Source: Candidatus Eiseniibacteriota bacterium (GTDB lineage Bacteria > Eisenbacteria > RBG-16-71-46). From it: a stretch of DNA of 64,000 nt. The position numbers and the translations under genes are program-made. Where the stretch lies: assembly GCA_044223005.1 (NCBI GenBank), contig JBGAML010000003.1, forward strand, positions 64,001-128,000, in the 5' to 3' direction. A model generated the notes under the pieces. The model was not told the DNA's origin. It did no database searches and saw nothing but the letters and a program-made list of their open reading frames with translations. Shown one piece after another: positions 61,718 to 64,000 of this stretch (the stretch's first letter is position 1; each line of letters begins with the position of its first letter).

Positions 61718-62208
61718 GGACGGCGCTCCTCCCGATTCGCTACGTAGGTTCACGTATTCCGGCCGAATCCAACGAGGCGTACCGTTCGCGCTCGGGTGTC
61801 TGTCCCGGCGCGAGAGTGCGTTTCGTGGAAATGTGAATTCGGGGGATGCGAGTCGGGGGACTCGCGAGATTTCGTCCTCGAAGAACGCAGGAACTCGAAT
61901 CGCCGCGGGGGGATGGCGGCCGGCGTACGTGGGTTTCTCGCCACGCACGCGCCCAACAGATACGAGGATACCACGCGCACCGGGATTCTCGCGAGACGCG
62001 TGGGGGTGGCCATCGGCACCGAATGCCGCGGCGCCGCAGTGCCACGGACGGGACGACGGCCGATGTGTGCATTCGGGGGAAGCACCTTCGGTTCGTCTAC
62101 CGTCCGTGGTATCACGGCGATCCTCATGCGTACGGCACTCGCGGCCCCGCTCGGCTAGACTGCGCGCCGCGACGCTTCGCGCCCCTCGCGCCGGCGACGC
62201 CCGCCCCC

Positions 62209-63027
62209 ATGGCCATCGTCCGCACCGAAGGCATCGTCCTCAAGGTCCACGCGCTCGGCGACACCAGCCGCATCGTGTCCGTCTATACGCGTGATTTCGG
62301 CCTGCGGAAATTCGTGGCCAAGGGCGCCCGCAAGACGCCGAGCCGGTTCGGGTTCGCATTGGAACCGCTTTCGCGTTCGCGATTCACTTTCTATCTCAAA
62401 CCCGATCGCGACCTGCACTTGCTCTCCCAGGCCGAGGTGGTCGATCCGCTCGGCAGCCGCCTCGCCGATCTCGCACGCCTGGCGCACGCGCAGGCGGCGC
62501 TCGAACTCGTCGACCGGCTCGTGTGGGGCGAGGAACCCCAGGCGGGGCTCTACGCCCTGCTGGTGGCGGCGCTCGACGGCTGCGCGCGCGCGCCGGTCGC
62601 GACGCTGCCCGCGGTGACGCTCGCGTTCCAGCTCCAGCTCGCGAGCGAACTCGGCTACCGCCCGCGGCTCGACGCGTGCGCGAGTTGCGGCCGGCCGGTG
62701 TCGCAGCGGCGCGTGTTCTCGCCCATGCGTGGCGGATTGCTCTGCGACGCCTGCGCGTCGCGCGAAGGTGGCGTGGTCGTGCTGTCGGCGGAGGCGCTCG
62801 CGTCGTTCGCGCTGCTGCTCTCGCGGCCCGTGATCCAGGCCGGCGAGTTCGTCGAGATCCCGCGCAGCGGCGAGCTGTTCCGCGTGGTGGAGGATTTCCT
62901 GCGTACGCATTTCCAGCGCTTCCAGGGCCTGCGCTCGCTCGAGGTGCTGCGATCGCTCGACGCGAGCGCGACGGCGCCGCCACCGCGGCCTGCGCCGTCC
63001 GCGCCGCCGCCGGAGTCCGCGTCGTGA
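62209..63027 (+). CDS. recO: DNA repair protein RecO
   Basis: TEGIVLK...GDTSRIV...AKGARK...LEPL; GYRPRLDACASCG...GGLLCDAC zinc finger. Confidence 0.95.
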   Translation: MAIVRTEGIVLKVHALGDTSRIVSVYTRDFGLRKFVAKGARKTPSRFGFALEPLSRSRFTFYLKPDRDLHLLSQAEVVDPLGSRLADLARLAHAQAALELVDRLVWGEEPQAGLYALLVAALDGCARAPVATLPAVTLAFQLQLASELGYRPRLDACASCGRPVSQRRVFSPMRGGLLCDACASREGGVVVLSAEALASFALLLSRPVIQAGEFVEIPRSGELFRVVEDFLRTHFQRFQGLRSLEVLRSLDASATAPPPRPAPSAPPPESAS

Positions 63028-63878
63028 AGCTGCTCGCACTCTTCGTCGCGGTCGCGCTCGCCGCCGTCGTCGCGGCGTGGCTCACCGTCGCGCTCGGCCC
63101 CGGCAACCTGCGCGCGCGCTTCGAGCGCGAGTCCGCCGCGCTGCTCGCGGGCGCGTCGCCCGCGGGCGCGCCGGTCGGCGAGGCGGACCTCGCGCGGCTG
63201 CCCGCGCCGGTCGCAGGCTACCTGCGGATCGCGGGCGCGCTCGGCCGGCCGGTGCCGCGCACGTTCCGCGTGCGCTTCCACGGCACGCTGCGCGGCAGTC
63301 CCGCCGAGCCCTGGATCCCGATCGACGTGGAGCAGGTGAGCGCGCTGCACCCGCCGGCGCGGCTCTTCTGGCTGCACGGCACGATGCGTGGCCTTCCGGT
63401 TTCCGGGCTGCATCGCTACGTCGGGCGCGAGGCCGGCATGCGCATCCAGGTCCTGGGTGCGTTTCCGGTTTTGCAGGCGTCGGGGCCCGAGATGACCCGC
63501 GCCGAGACGGTGACGTTGCTCAACGACCTGTGCGTGCTCGCGCCGGCGGGGCTGCTCGACACGAGCCTGGTGTGGGGCGCGACGCGTGGCGACTCCGTCG
63601 ACGTCACGTGGTCGAACGCGGGGAACGTGGTGCACGCGACGCTCGTGTTCGGCGCGGACGGCGCGCTCGCCGATTTCGTGTCGGACGACCGGCTGCGCGC
63701 CTCGCGCGACGGCGCGACGTTCGTGCGGACGAGCTGGAACACGCCCGTCGGCGCGTATCGCGAACTCGGCGGCCAGCGGCTCGCCGGGCGCGCCGAGGCG
63801 TGGTGGCACCCGGCCGCAGGTGCGTTCCCGTACGCCCGTTTCGAGACGACCGCGCTGGAGTACGATCCGGCGCACTGA
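63024..63878 (+). CDS. DUF6544-like protein
   Basis: DLARLPAPVAGYL, GPEMTRAETVTLLNDLCVLAP, FVSDDR, W-TP; GTGA overlap with recO. Confidence 0.75.
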   Translation: MKLLALFVAVALAAVVAAWLTVALGPGNLRARFERESAALLAGASPAGAPVGEADLARLPAPVAGYLRIAGALGRPVPRTFRVRFHGTLRGSPAEPWIPIDVEQVSALHPPARLFWLHGTMRGLPVSGLHRYVGREAGMRIQVLGAFPVLQASGPEMTRAETVTLLNDLCVLAPAGLLDTSLVWGATRGDSVDVTWSNAGNVVHATLVFGADGALADFVSDDRLRASRDGATFVRTSWNTPVGAYRELGGQRLAGRAEAWWHPAAGAFPYARFETTALEYDPAH

Positions 63879-63908
63879 CCGTTCCGTTCCCGCCTTCCGG
63901 AGACCCGC

Positions 63909-64000
63909 ATGCACGCCGCCGGCCCCTTCGACGTGAAGATGCTCCCGCAGCCCGCCGCCACCGCGGTGGAGACGTTCTCGCGCTTCGTGCTCGACAAGCG
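63909..64000 (+). CDS. DUF3224-like protein, 5' partial
   Basis: GGAG RBS; MHAAGPFDVKMLPQ...SRFVLDK runs off the window end. Confidence 0.6.
   Translation, partial: MHAAGPFDVKMLPQPAATAVETFSRFVLDK

Overview
This is a very GC-rich bacterial chromosomal segment with about 50 genes and no integrase, transposase, prophage or CRISPR array. Five secreted proteins carry a FlgD-Ig/T9SS-type-A-like C-terminal domain and four TonB-C paralogues lie in tandem, which suggests an FCB-group lineage such as Ca. Eisenbacteria (inference). The housekeeping frame is a PTS EIIA fragment, tRNA-Lys(CTT), vanZ-hisS-aspS and phoH-7TM/HD-ybeY...DUF502...recO. Between these lie amino-acid and sugar catabolic genes (ALDH7, split methylcrotonyl-CoA carboxylase and hydratase, OPT transporter, PA-domain peptidase, glucose dehydrogenase, GH63-like glucosidase), an ECF sigma/anti-sigma/DUF4097 operon and small regulators. 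Most notable: (1) a signal-peptide plus tandem-YHS ORF at 33832-34326 read through an in-frame TGA followed by a bacterial-SECIS-like hairpin, a candidate exported selenoprotein missed by the ORF track; (2) an orphan HyfE/NuoL/NuoN-like membrane module that has lost essentially all catalytic lysines; (3) a four-gene array of signal-peptide TonB-C proteins; (4) a 6S-like rod-shaped RNA upstream of phoH; (5) a structured, RBS-sequestering leader upstream of an ankyrin gene; (6) a NYN nuclease-Zn ribbon-cold-shock fusion. All family calls come from motif recognition by eye; no searches were run.
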